The position numbers and the translations under genes were made by a program. Shown piece after piece: positions 29,201-39,872 of a stretch of DNA of 64,000 nt. The notes beneath the pieces were generated by a model, which was given only the letters and a program-made list of their open reading frames with translations, ran no database searches and was not told where the DNA came from. The DNA is from Macrostomum hystrix (Eukaryota; Animalia; Platyhelminthes), in the NCBI GenBank assembly GCA_950097015.1, contig CATNEN010000012.1, positions 1,798,001 to 1,862,000 of the forward strand, read 5' to 3'. Within the stretch, counting starts at the first letter, position 1. The number at the start of each line of letters is the position of its first letter.

Positions 29201-31685
29201 ATAGACTCAAGCATTTAACATTCTCTTTAGACAGCATCAGGTAGTTGTAAATCACGAAGTCGTGCTGAAAATCTCCAAGACTTCAAAAGTGCAATAGAAA
29301 TGGTTTCATCACCTTAAAACTCTAAATTTGCAGTACATCCCAATGAAGGTGTTTCTCTATCGGGACGGCTTTGCTCGCTTCTCCAACACGAGATATACAA
29401 GCGACTCCATTGAGGACACGTGTGAGAACTCAGCCTTAGAATCGACTGTGTTTGGCTTGCATTGAACTCAGAACTTTTTGTAGAATTCTACTAAGATGAC
29501 ACTAGGTGTCACATAATGAGAGGGGCTGTCTAGACAACAGAAAGGAAATGTGGCTTCTCAGACGACAGGAAATTGTTATTGGGAATAAGTTTGCTAAGGA
29601 TTTTTTAAGTAGCCCATATGAGTATAGCTCTTATGAGTCTGAGTTGAGGAACTTCGCGAGATAATAAACGACCCTATGGATTTGATTATCCAGGTCGGAA
29701 GGGGAAATAATTATCACGAAAGCAGGTGGGGCTATGAGATTGCATTTCTTTGCTACAATAATCCTGTCTGCGGGGGTGACTGACTGCTTGGCGGAAGAGG
29801 CGAAGCGAGAGTTGCCGATGCGGGAAAGGAAAGCAGCTTTTTAATTAGTCTTCTGCCTCGCAAGACTGCAATGGAGAAATCTCACTTAGATTTCGTCAGC
29901 CTAAGCGAAGTTTTTGATTCCCTGTTGAGGTGCAATTCGAAGCTTGTTAAGAAGAACCGCGTGAACCTTGGTGACAGTAGATCTGCAGACCTGTGAACAC
30001 AACCGCACAGATACCATGGGCGGACACACAGGTGTGTACACCTGCCCTGACTTTCTTATCGTCAGGCAGTGTACACTTAACTGTGCCTTGGAGGTTGGCC
30101 CTCAAGAGCGTAAATTGCACGTCAAGCCCCCAAGCCTTCTCTCCGCGTCTGCGCCCCAAATGAATGTGGCCTCGCCGCGGAATCGAGCTCAGGGACCTTG
30201 GCGCGAGAGGCAAACGCGTTAATTGCTCTGCCACTTTGCGAAAGGGGTAGAAAATGAAGGCCGTTTTCCTTTTTTACTTTTTTAATTGGATGCTAATTGG
30301 GTTAATTAAAAATGTATTTAAAAGTTTTTTCGAGCCTAGTTTTAAACTTCTGAAGTGCCCGTACCTTTTGTGAATCCAGGAACAAAGAATTATTTAATAA
30401 TGGCATTCAATGGATATTTCACGAACACTAGCCAAGAAACATTAGAAAAACACTGGGAAAACACTGCTAGTCTTTACCAGTTTAGCCCAAGAGATTCGAG
30501 CATCGGACGTAAGAAAACTATGCCACAACTGTTTTCAGACATTCACCTGACCAACGTGGCTGTCCAGAAGACTGCTCCGGACTATGACCCGGACAAGGGC
30601 GCCAAGTGGTCCATCATTAAGCTGCGGGAGTACCTCACAGCCAAGCATGGCGTAGAGCGCGTAAGTGATAAAAGCGATCACAAACACAAACTCGCAAGGG
30701 TTGAGCTTGAGCTCTGTGTTTTGGAAGTTGGCCCTCAAGGGCGTGAATTGAACGAAAAGCCCCCAAGCCTTCTCTCCGCGGCTGCACCCCAAGTAAATGT
30801 GGCCTCGCCGCGGAATCGAGCTAATGGACCTTGGTTCGAGAGGCAAACGCGTTAACCGCTCTGCCACTCACTCCCCAATAGCCATCTTTAGAGCTGTGCA
30901 AAAGTTCGACCTACTCGTACAAGGCGAAATGAAATAAAAAAACTGCGGGTGGCGCAAGTGAGGTCGGTTCGAATGTCCTTAATCTAATCTTCACGATGTA
31001 TTTCGATTCATCATAAACGAAATTAATAAAATCTGTGCGACGGATGTGACCCGATGAAAGGAAAAACCACTTGAAACGAAATGCAGGTCGAAAAGGTGTT
31101 CAGAGACATGGACAACATCTTCCTGAAGAGTTTGCAGAGCGTGCAGAAGATCATGATCAACGACAAGCACTGCTTCGAGCTGTACGGCTATGACATCCTG
31201 CTGGACTCGGATCTCCAGCCCTGGCTCATCGAAGTGAACGCCTCGCCATCGCTGACTGCCTCGTCCAAAGAGGACTACGACTTGAAATTCGGACTGCTGG
31301 AGGACACCCTCGCCATTGTTGACATGGAGGGAAAGTGAGTCTATCGTCTATATTGGGAATAGTTATTTTAAGTTCCTATCTCTACCACAGTACAAGACGG
31401 TTGTCACAGGCCAACCCCTGTAACAGACGGTTGTCACAGACCCACCGCTCCACACCTGAACTCTCCCGCAGGCTGACTGGCCGTGAGAGACGAGTCGGTG
31501 GCTTCGACCTGATCTACTGGGAGGACGCTCCAGTTGACGTGGACGATCCAACGAAGCTGGAGGGCATGGAACGGATGTACTCGAATATCTATTCTAACAA
31601 TTCATTCCTAGGCTGCTACAATGACCGAGTCCAACAGCTGCAGTTGCTTCACAGGGAGCTGGCAGCCGCGAGCAAGTCCAAATGA
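26278..31685 (+). CDS. TTLL9: Tubulin polyglutamylase TTLL9, 9 exons, 434 aa
   Basis: Exons 26278-26321, 26414-26494, 26587-26701, 26787-26906, 27140-27412, 29334-29421, 30539-30660, 31087-31334, 31472-31685 total 1305 nt and are in phase. Motifs: [80 protein letters not shown]. Exon 1 is the least certain. Confidence 0.93.
27560..29140. repeat. 30-bp minisatellite (GGCCAATCTATAGATTATGCACACGATATA)
   Basis: About 52 units in TTLL9 intron 5. Confidence 0.98.
29962..30238 (-). mobile_element. SINE family A, copy 2 (internal deletion near the 3' end)
   Basis: A box TGGCAGAGCAA and B-box-like GAGCTCGATTCC on the minus strand; shared body; lies in a TTLL9 intron. Confidence 0.85.
30712..30870 (-). 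mobile_element. SINE family A, copy 3 (5' half only)
   Basis: A box TGGCAGAGCGG, B-box-like GCTCGATTCC and shared body up to CCAACTTCCAA. Confidence 0.8.
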
Positions 31686-32094
31686 TAATGCTATTAGGAC
31701 ATTGGATGCAGGCTAAATTAGATATAGCTTCAGTTGTAAAGTTATATTATTCTATTAATTAACATGTTTCGATGTTAATTAGCACAATCGTGCTAATTAT
31801 TCTAGGTATCTACGTATCGATCTTATCAGCTAACCTATGCTTGCAGTCTAATCGCAGGTAAAATAAAATACAATTGTAAACATTTTTTGCTCATTCTTTA
31901 AAAAAGTTTCAATTAGTCGTATATTTTTGTTATGTTTCAAATCGCACTAGCCAGTACTTAAAATTGCCTATATGGCCCGTACGAACGAACAGCTCGTACG
32001 AGGATTCTTGGTAGAAGACTGCATCATCGACAGCAGTTTTTTGCGAGTTTCTGATCAAACACGCTTGACCAGAAAGGTAACACGTACAGTTGCG

Positions 32095-32390
32095 CGTCAA
32101 GTGATCAGCTTCGGCACAATGTTTACAAGCATACAGATTCAGGTCACGTGATCAGCTTCGGCGCTATGTTTAAAAGTATACAGATTCAGGTCACGTGATC
32201 AGCTTCGGCACAATGTTTACAAGCATACAGATTCAGGTCACGTGATCAGCTTCGGCGCTATGTTTAAAAGTATACAGATTCAGGTCACGTGATCAGCTTC
32301 GGCGCTATGTTTAAAAGTATACAGATTCAGGTCACGTGATCAGCTTCGGCACAATGTTTAAATGCATTCATATTCGGGTCACATGATGCG
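32095..32390. repeat. 47-bp tandem repeat carrying GTCACGTGA
   Basis: About 6 units between TTLL9 and the SLC35F gene. Confidence 0.93.
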
Positions 32391-32726
32391 CACTTTCGTA
32401 TGTTACGTTCATCCAATGAATCCACCGCAAGTGAGAAAGGGATGAGCTGCACATAGAAGAGAAATTTTAACTAACCAGCGTGCCTACATGATCAAATGAC
32501 TTCACTGCTCATTAGAGTAAAGAAAAGTTGCTATGGCACCCTCCGCGTACAGGATTGCCCCTAATTGACACTGAGCACACTACAATAAGTTTCCTGCACC
32601 TAGTAGGAAGTGTATCACCTCAATCCAGCTCCTTCCTATTTATAATTTAGTATGTATTTGTCAAAGGCATCGAGCCAAAGCAAAAAATGTATATAGACAT
32701 TGGCAAATTAGAAATATGGAGCATTG

Positions 32727-32727
<1 letters not shown>

Positions 32728-32765
<38 letters not shown>

Positions 32766-32780
32766 GTGTGTGTGCGTGCG
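32728..32780. repeat. (TG)n microsatellite
   Basis: Direct reading of the sequence. Confidence 0.97.
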
Positions 32781-33457
32781 TGTTTGCGAGCGCCAATCGG
32801 AGCGGAACGAAGCGAAGCCACTCTCGGGAGTCTCTCGGGAGTGAGGTCTCAGTTTGGCTGCAGAGCGCACAGGACGGGAGGTGGGTGGTGAAGTCGAGCG
32901 TCCAGGAGAGGAGGCTCCGCTGATCGAGGCGCGGCCCAGAATCGAGTCGAGCCTTCTCTGTACCTTCGCCAGCCCTAGCCACCTCCGAGTCGGCCTCCTC
33001 TCGCGTCTCTTAATTCTCATCCCCCGCAGCCTGTTTTCGTTCCCATCTTTTACCGCCGATCCCAGATATTGCCGCGCTCGACCCAATCCTCGCGGTGTTG
33101 CTGGGGAGGCAGAGAAGACGCGAGAGAGAGAGAGAAAACGAATTCTGAACAGCCACGCCTCGAAAATTATCCCGGCAATCCGCGACCACGGAGTTCGATC
33201 TCTTCCCAATTTTCCACGATCCGTCCGGCTTTAATACACCGATTGTGGCGGGATAATTTGGCATCCCTTCAACCAGATACGACAAGGCGAGACCGCACTA
33301 GTCAGAGCTTCCAGAACTGAGGATCGGCGCTAGCCTAGCAGCGGAGGCGCCGGTTGGCCTGACCAGCGGGTCCAAGCTGACTGTCGCTGGTGCCAATAAT
33401 CTGGAGCTGGGCACGGCGCTGCAGGAGTTCGCGCGGAGACGGTCCAGCATTCTCGGC

Positions 33458-36400
33458 ATGCACGAGGGTACGCCTAATAGGGGATGCAGGAGCTTTTCGT
33501 TCAATTTACGCCTACGAGGGCCAACCCAAGAGTCACAGGGAGAGTGAGGAAAATCAGGCCACAAGTACACAACTGTGCTCGGGGGTCAGCGCTGTCAGGG
33601 CTGGAGGTCCCTCTGAGAAGGCCTGGCTCAGTCAGGGCACTGATTTCAACCCGCAGGCGAGCCGGCGAGCTTCTCGGAGACCCTGGGCTCGAGTTATGCC
33701 AGTTTGCGAAGCTCCGGCTACCTGCAGCAGCATCGTAACTCGCAGTTCTCCAGCCGGCCGCCCAGCCGGGACAACAACCGGTCGCGAGTGTCCAACAACC
33801 TGCCCGGGGCCGCTCCGACGGCCGCTCCGCCCGACGAATCGAGCTTCAGCGCCTCCGCGGCCTGCATAGCCCTGAGAAAGCTGTCCTACGGGCTGCTGCT
33901 GAGCTGCGCCGTCTGCTGCCTGTGGATTGTCTGCGTCAACAGCGTCTTCCAACTGTATGGCCTGGCCAGCGGCTCAGCCAGCCCAGTTGGCGGTGGTTCA
34001 CTGCCGGGTTGCGCCGGCCCTAATTCTACTGCGAACTGCTCCGAAGCAGCATCGGCAACTGCACCGACAGTGAGCGCCGCCGGCGCCCCTGTCGTAGCCA
34101 CGCCGGTGCGGCTGCCGTTCCTGCTAACATACCTGTCTGGCGGGCTGCTCACTCTCTGCTATCCAATCTACATGGCCTTCTGCGCTTGCTGGCTGGCTGC
34201 TGACCTGACCCAGCTGAGGGACTTGCACAGGTGCTAATCGCTGATTGCTTTCTGAAATGTTTTATATTTTTAGCTTCTACCCTCTTATTCTCATTTCTTT
34301 CTATCTAGTGATAGCTTGCCTGCCATTATCAAAGTGCTTTTCATTTTTCAGGTATTGCGAATGGACCAGTCTCATTGTCATATTTGACTTATTATCTGCT
34401 CATTGCACTGGCGAGCTAGTCGATAACTTATTAATACCTCAGAAAGTTCTCGATTGCTCTTCTCTGATTGGCTGGAATCTTCTAAAAATAACCAATTGAA
34501 TGTTTTCACCCATCGCACGCACATCAGGCTTTCTCTCTGCCCCTTCTTCTTCTCTCATTGGCTGATAATAGCTGTACTTTCTGCTTAGCCTAACCACTTG
34601 GCCCTCTACCCCTTTCTCTTCTCTCATTGGCTCACAGCATATCAGATTCGGGTTTTAAGTCAAAGATAACTAACAAACATTGCAGGCTAAACATGGTGAT
34701 TATGTACGGCGAGCTGAGCAAGGCGAAGATGTTTGCACTCAGAGCAAGCGTGTTCACCCTAATCTGGGATTTCATGCTCTACTGCATCTACAGATCGCTG
34801 ACAATGATACCAGGCTTAGATTTGATCACAATGTTCGCCGTCAGTCCGTCATTCACCTATCTGCTTAGCTGGGTAGTTTTGCAGAGAAAATTTCTCGGTA
34901 TTCGGGTGAGTATTTTTGAGTACAATTGATTCGAAAGTGCTCAATTGCAATTGATCAAAGAGTTTGCTCTTTCAGATCATCGCGTTTCTACTGGGAACAA
35001 GCGGCGTGATCCTGCTAGTGTACATCAACCAGAGCACCATGTGGCTGAGAACTCTGGCGGCGTTCTCCGCTGGCACCTTTGCCATCTTTCGGGTCGGCAG
35101 TTTTCTTTGATCTGTTGCCAGACTATCACTATTCGATATTAGACGTTTAAAACGTAGCTCAACATTTTTATTGGATCAATGGTGATCGCTTCGATTTTTG
35201 TGACATAATTTTCAGACTGTGCTAGACCGCACTCTGGTGCCCTACATCCCACACCTGGGCCAGGTGATGCTCGTGCTGTCTGTCATCGGTGAGTGACTCG
35301 CGACGAGGTGTCAGAGAGAGAATTAGGATGGGAAGAGAGAAAACGAAGGGGATAAATAAAGGCTAGGAAATGAAGCGTAGGAAATAAATTCTATGAAACA
35401 AAGGGTAGGAACAAAGGTAGAAATTAAGGAAATGAAGGGTAGGAAATGAAGGGTAGGAAATGAAGGGTAGGAAATGAAGGGTAGGAAATGAAGGGTAGGA
35501 AACAAAGGGTAGGAAATGAAGGGTAGGAAATGAAGGGTAGGAAATGAAGGGTAGGAAATGAAGGGTAGGAAACAAAGGGTAGGAAATGAAGGGTAGGAAA
35601 TGAAGGGTAGGAAACAAAGGGTAGGAAATGAAGGGTAGGAAATGAAGGGTAGAAAATGAAGGGTAGGAAATGAAGGGTAGGAAACAAAGGGTAGGAAATG
35701 AAGGGTAGGAAATGAAGGGTAGGAAATGAAGGGTAGGAAATGAAGGATAGAAAGCGAATAGTAGGAAACGAAGTCGGAAAATGGAAAAGTAAGAAATGAG
35801 GAGTAAGAGTTAAAAATAAACAAATGTAAGAAATGAGGGGTGAAAAAGGGAGGGTATGAAATAAGATAAGTATAGAATTAGCCTCCATTAGTACCCCTTC
35901 TTCCGTGAACTTGCTCAGGCGTGAGCACTCTGCTAGTCCTGTGGCCGGGGGTGCTGCTGCTGTCCGTGTGGTTCCGGATTGAGCCCGGACTGTCCGCAGC
36001 CACGCCCTGGCAGTTCGTATTCGGCGCGGCCGGCTCCAACTGCCTGCTATTCGTCATGCTGCACCTTGGCAATTTCTTTACCTACCACCTGCTGGTCAGC
36101 TTCGGCCTCCTGCTGGCCATTGTGGTGGAGCTGTGTGAGTACCGAGCTAGGATATATGTCATGTGGATTCTATGGCTGATTCTCTTTCGGTTTCCAGTGG
36201 ATTCTATGGCAGATTCATTTTAGGTTTCCGGTGGATTCTATAGCAGATTCATTTTAGGTTTCCGGTGGATTCTATGGCTGATTCATTTTAGGTTTCCGGT
36301 GGATTCTATGGCTGATTCATTTTAGGTTTCCGGTGGATTCTATGGCTGATTCTCTTTCGGTTTCCAGTGGATTCTATGGCTGATTCATTTTAGGTTTCCG

Positions 36401-37496
36401 GTGGATTCTATGGCTGATTCATTTTAGGTTTCCGGTGGATTCAATGGCTCATTCTCTTTCTGTTTCCGGTGGATTCTATGGCTGATTCTCATTCGGTTTC
36501 CCGTGGATTCTATGGCTGATAGATCTTTCGGTTTCCGGTGGATTCTATGGCTCATTCTCATTCGGTTTCCGGTGGATTCTATGGCTCATTCTCATTCGGT
36601 TTCCGGTGGATTCTATGGCTCATTCTCATTCTGTTTCCGGTGGATTCTATGGCTCATTCTCTTTCTGTTTCCGGTGGATTCTATGGCTGATACTCATTCG
36701 GTTTCCGGTGGATTCTATGGCTGATTCTCATTCGGTTTCCGGTGGATTCTATGGCTGATAGGTACCTAGTTAATCTATTGTCTGATAGGACATTATCATT
36801 TATCTTGCCAACTCATTCACTGATAAAGAAGAGACTAGCATCGACCCGTTGCTAAATCAGATGCATGCCTCCTGTCAGATGTAGTCTATTGGATAGGCTG
36901 GCTTCCAATATCAGAAAAGTGCTCAACTCTTCAGGCTGGCTCCGGCTAATCCTCTTTGAGTCTTTGAGATAAAAATGAAACAGGAGCAGTCCCAATCCCA
37001 TCTGAATCAGATTTTCCCATCGATGTTTGAGGATTATTCAGCCGTCGGGCTTTGCGAAAAAAACTGACGCATTATTTCAAGTCAATTTTCTGATCTAATG
37101 CAGTCAGTGTAAAATATTAATAAGCTCGGCTGATTATTTCATGTCGAATGAAATTAATATTTGACATTGAGTTTTTCTGGCTAGAAAATCTAAATATGAT
37201 AGTAGTAAGTTGGCGCCAGTGTTCGGAGTGACAAAATAAAAGTACAAATCACAAAAGTGCAAAATACTTTACTCGCAGTTCTACACGTATTCTGGCTGGA
37301 GACGCTGCGATTTGGCACCTTTGTCGGCGGCGACTACGGAGACTTTCCGCCGATGCGCATCGCCGGCATTGTGGTGGTGTCTGTGGCATTCATGCTCACC
37401 TTTGTGCCAGAGGGCTGGCAGAAGCGGCTGGCCAGGCTGTGCCACCTGGACCAGTACAGTGCCGACTCGCGCAAAGCCAGACGGCTGGTCAAATGA
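33458..37496 (+). CDS. SLC35F3/4: SLC35F3/F4-like (DMT/EamA superfamily) transporter, about 475 aa; 5' end uncertain
   Basis: Exons 33458-33467 (tentative start; the frame is open back to 33302), 33657-34230, 34686-34905, 34976-35092, 35216-35288, 35919-36134, 37279-37496, all in phase. About ten hydrophobic segments. FTYLLSWVVLQRKFLGIR, TPWQFVFG, TYHLLVSFGLLL and RIAGIVVV...VPEGW match SLC35F3/F4 segments as I recall them. Confidence 0.8.
35360..35750. repeat. 14-bp minisatellite (GGGTAGGAAATGAA)
   Basis: About 25 units in an SLC35F intron. Confidence 0.95.
36160..36762. repeat. 34-bp minisatellite (GTGGATTCTATGGCTGATTCATTTTAGGTTTCCG)
   Basis: About 17 units in the last SLC35F intron. Confidence 0.96.
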
Positions 37497-37554
37497 CCAA
37501 CTGGAGTGCTGCTGGAGTGACGGAAGTGATCTGAAGTGATCGGATGGTCGATCA

Positions 37555-38480
37555 GACGAGGAGTGACGGACAGTCATATTAGGAGTGACGGACAGTCATA
37601 ATAGGAGTGACGGACAGTCATATTAGGAGTGACGGACAGTCATAATAGGAGTGACGGACAGTCATAATAGGAGTGACGGACAGTCATAATAGGAGTGATG
37701 GACAGTCATAATATGAGTGACGGACAGTCATAATAGGAGTGACGGACAGTTGTATTAGGAGTGACGGACAGTCATAATAGGAGTGACGGACAGTTGTATT
37801 AGGAGTGACGGACAGTCATAATATGAGTGACGGACAGTCATATTAGGAGTGACGGACAGTCATAATAGGAGTGACGGACAGTTGTATTAGGAGTGACGGA
37901 CAGTCATAATAGGAGTGACGGACAGTCATATTAGGAGTGACGGACAGTCATATTAGGAGTGACGGACAGTCATATTAGGAGTGAAAGACAGTTATACTAA
38001 ATAATAATAAAAATAATAATTGCAGGGGGGCTGCGGGCAGTGGCGCATCATTTGGTGACACTAGACCCGCAGCCAGCGAGGAGGCAATTCTGCCCATTTC
38101 GCTGACTCTTGAGCACACACGCAGATACTGTACGCAGGCACACGCTCACACAGGTGTGTACATCTGCCCTGACTTTCTCATCGTCAGGCATTGTACATTT
38201 CACTGTGCCTTGGAGGTTGGCCCTTAAGGGCGTAAATTGCACGACAAGCCCCCAAGCCTTCTCTCCGCGGCTGCGCCCCAAATAAATGTGGCCTCGCCGT
38301 GGAATCGAACTTAGGGACCGTGGTAGAAACGCGATAACCGCTCTGCCACCGACCCCCCCTGGACAGTCATATTAGGAGTGAGAGACAGTCAGGTTAGGAG
38401 TGACGGACAATCGTATTAAAAGTGACGGACAATCAGTCAAGGAGTGACAGACAATCAGTCAAGGAGTGACAGACAATCAA
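37555..38480. repeat. 22-bp minisatellite (AGGAGTGACGGACAGTCATATT) split by a SINE
   Basis: About 20 units at 37555-37990; degenerate units resume after 38355. Confidence 0.93.
37995..38352 (-). mobile_element. SINE family A, copy 4 (full length, (ATT)n tail)
   Basis: A box GGTGGCAGAGCGG, B box GTTCGATTCC, complete body and ATT tail; interrupts a 22-bp minisatellite. Confidence 0.9.
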
Positions 38481-38821
38481 AGCATCTGAATATTAATCTC
38501 ACTGTTGAAAAAATGTCGTGATAGTTAGGGTAGTTAGTTATTTAAAATTATTAATGTTAATAATTCTGAGCAGTGTTTGCTGGCCGTAGTGAGAGACAGT
38601 CAGGTTAGGAGTGACGGACAATCGTATTAAAAGTGACGGACAATCAGTCAAGGAGTGACAGACAATCAGTCAAGGAGTGACAGACAATCAGTCAAGGAGT
38701 GACAGACAATCAAAGCATCTGAATATTAATCTCACTGTTGAAAAAATGTCGTGATAGTTAGGGTAGTTAGTTATTTAAAATTATTAATGTTAATAATTCT
38801 GAGCAGTGTTTGCTGGCCGTA
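38377..38821. repeat. Tandem duplication of ~212/233 bp
   Basis: 38377-38588 is repeated at 38589-38821, with one extra internal unit in the second copy. Confidence 0.9.
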
Positions 38822-39061
38822 CTTTAACTAAACACTTGAAATTTTATCCTTCTGCGCTAATTTCTTTGTGATGCACAAATACCCTTTTGACTCTACTAAG
38901 TAAGCGTTTGTGTCAGTAGTATCAGTGTTAATACCGGTTTTATGCCATCATGTACGAAGTCTTGACGAGCAAATCGATAGTTTTTTCTTTGAATGCACGA
39001 AAATTATTTGACTAAATGCTACCGATTTTTAATAGTTTTCAGAAAAAAAACTGCTTCGTTT

Positions 39062-39250
39062 TCATAGTAGATTTGTGGTTCGAGCATTGGACGCACGACT
39101 TGAAGGTCGGAGGTTCGATTCCTGACCCCATTGGAAAATTGTTGTCCTTTAGCAAGACACTCAACTCTGCATTGCAGCTTATACCCAGATGTAAAATGGG
39201 TAGCAGCATCAGCTGGGGGTAATTTATGGTGGGTGTGGCGTCTCCCCCAG
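39062..39250 (+). mobile_element. tRNA-derived CORE-type SINE family B
   Basis: tRNA-like head with B box GGTTCGATTCC, followed by TGTCCTTTAGCAAGACACTCAAC...CCCAGATGTAAAATGGG, which resembles the MIR/CORE domain. Confidence 0.7.
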
Positions 39251-39872
39251 TCCATGGACTGTACTGCCATACACAGCCTTCAGATGCTGCGGCTGTGCTG
39301 TCGGCGCACATCTGGCTCAATTGGATCTGGTGTAATAAACTATTTCTATTATTTATCAATACAATACAGAATTCCTAGAACTGAAATTAAAAGTATGAGT
39401 CGAAGTTTTTTTATTGGCTTAATGCACTACACGCCAAGGAAATCCGAATTATTGTGAAATCTCGCCAACCGAATTGTAGTCATGTCCTCGACAAAAAATG
39501 TAATGAATGTAGCGATCTGAAGACGAATGCTCCAATTGAGTTTCACAGTCAGTTGAAGGGCCTGAGCAATTTTAATTTTGATAAGAGATCGCAGCGCCAG
39601 TTTTGTTGATCATTGGACTGCAGAAGCAGAGATTGTGCGTGCAAAAGAGTCCCCGCCCCACTCAATGAACTTTCTGCGTCACGAAAGAATCTCTAAAACC
39701 TCACCGAGCACAGCAGAGCTCCTGTTGCTAGGGACCGGGTGAGTGGTAAATATTGCAAAAGCCTAGCTGTTAGCCACTGGCTCCACCCAATAAATGTCGG
39801 CAGATAAGGCTGCGGTACCTGCAAGCGGCGGCTGCTGTGAAAAAAGCAAAGTAGCAACCAGCAGGAGAAGCA

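Noticed and set aside
27538-29214. 298- and 256-aa ORFs ([10 protein letters not shown])n
   Set aside because: They come from the 30-bp array in a TTLL9 intron, on the antisense strand.
39062-39135. tRNA gene calls for the SINE heads (also 41200, 48830, 61905)
   Set aside because: A and B boxes are present, but there is no complete cloverleaf or T-run terminator, and they continue into repeated SINE bodies.
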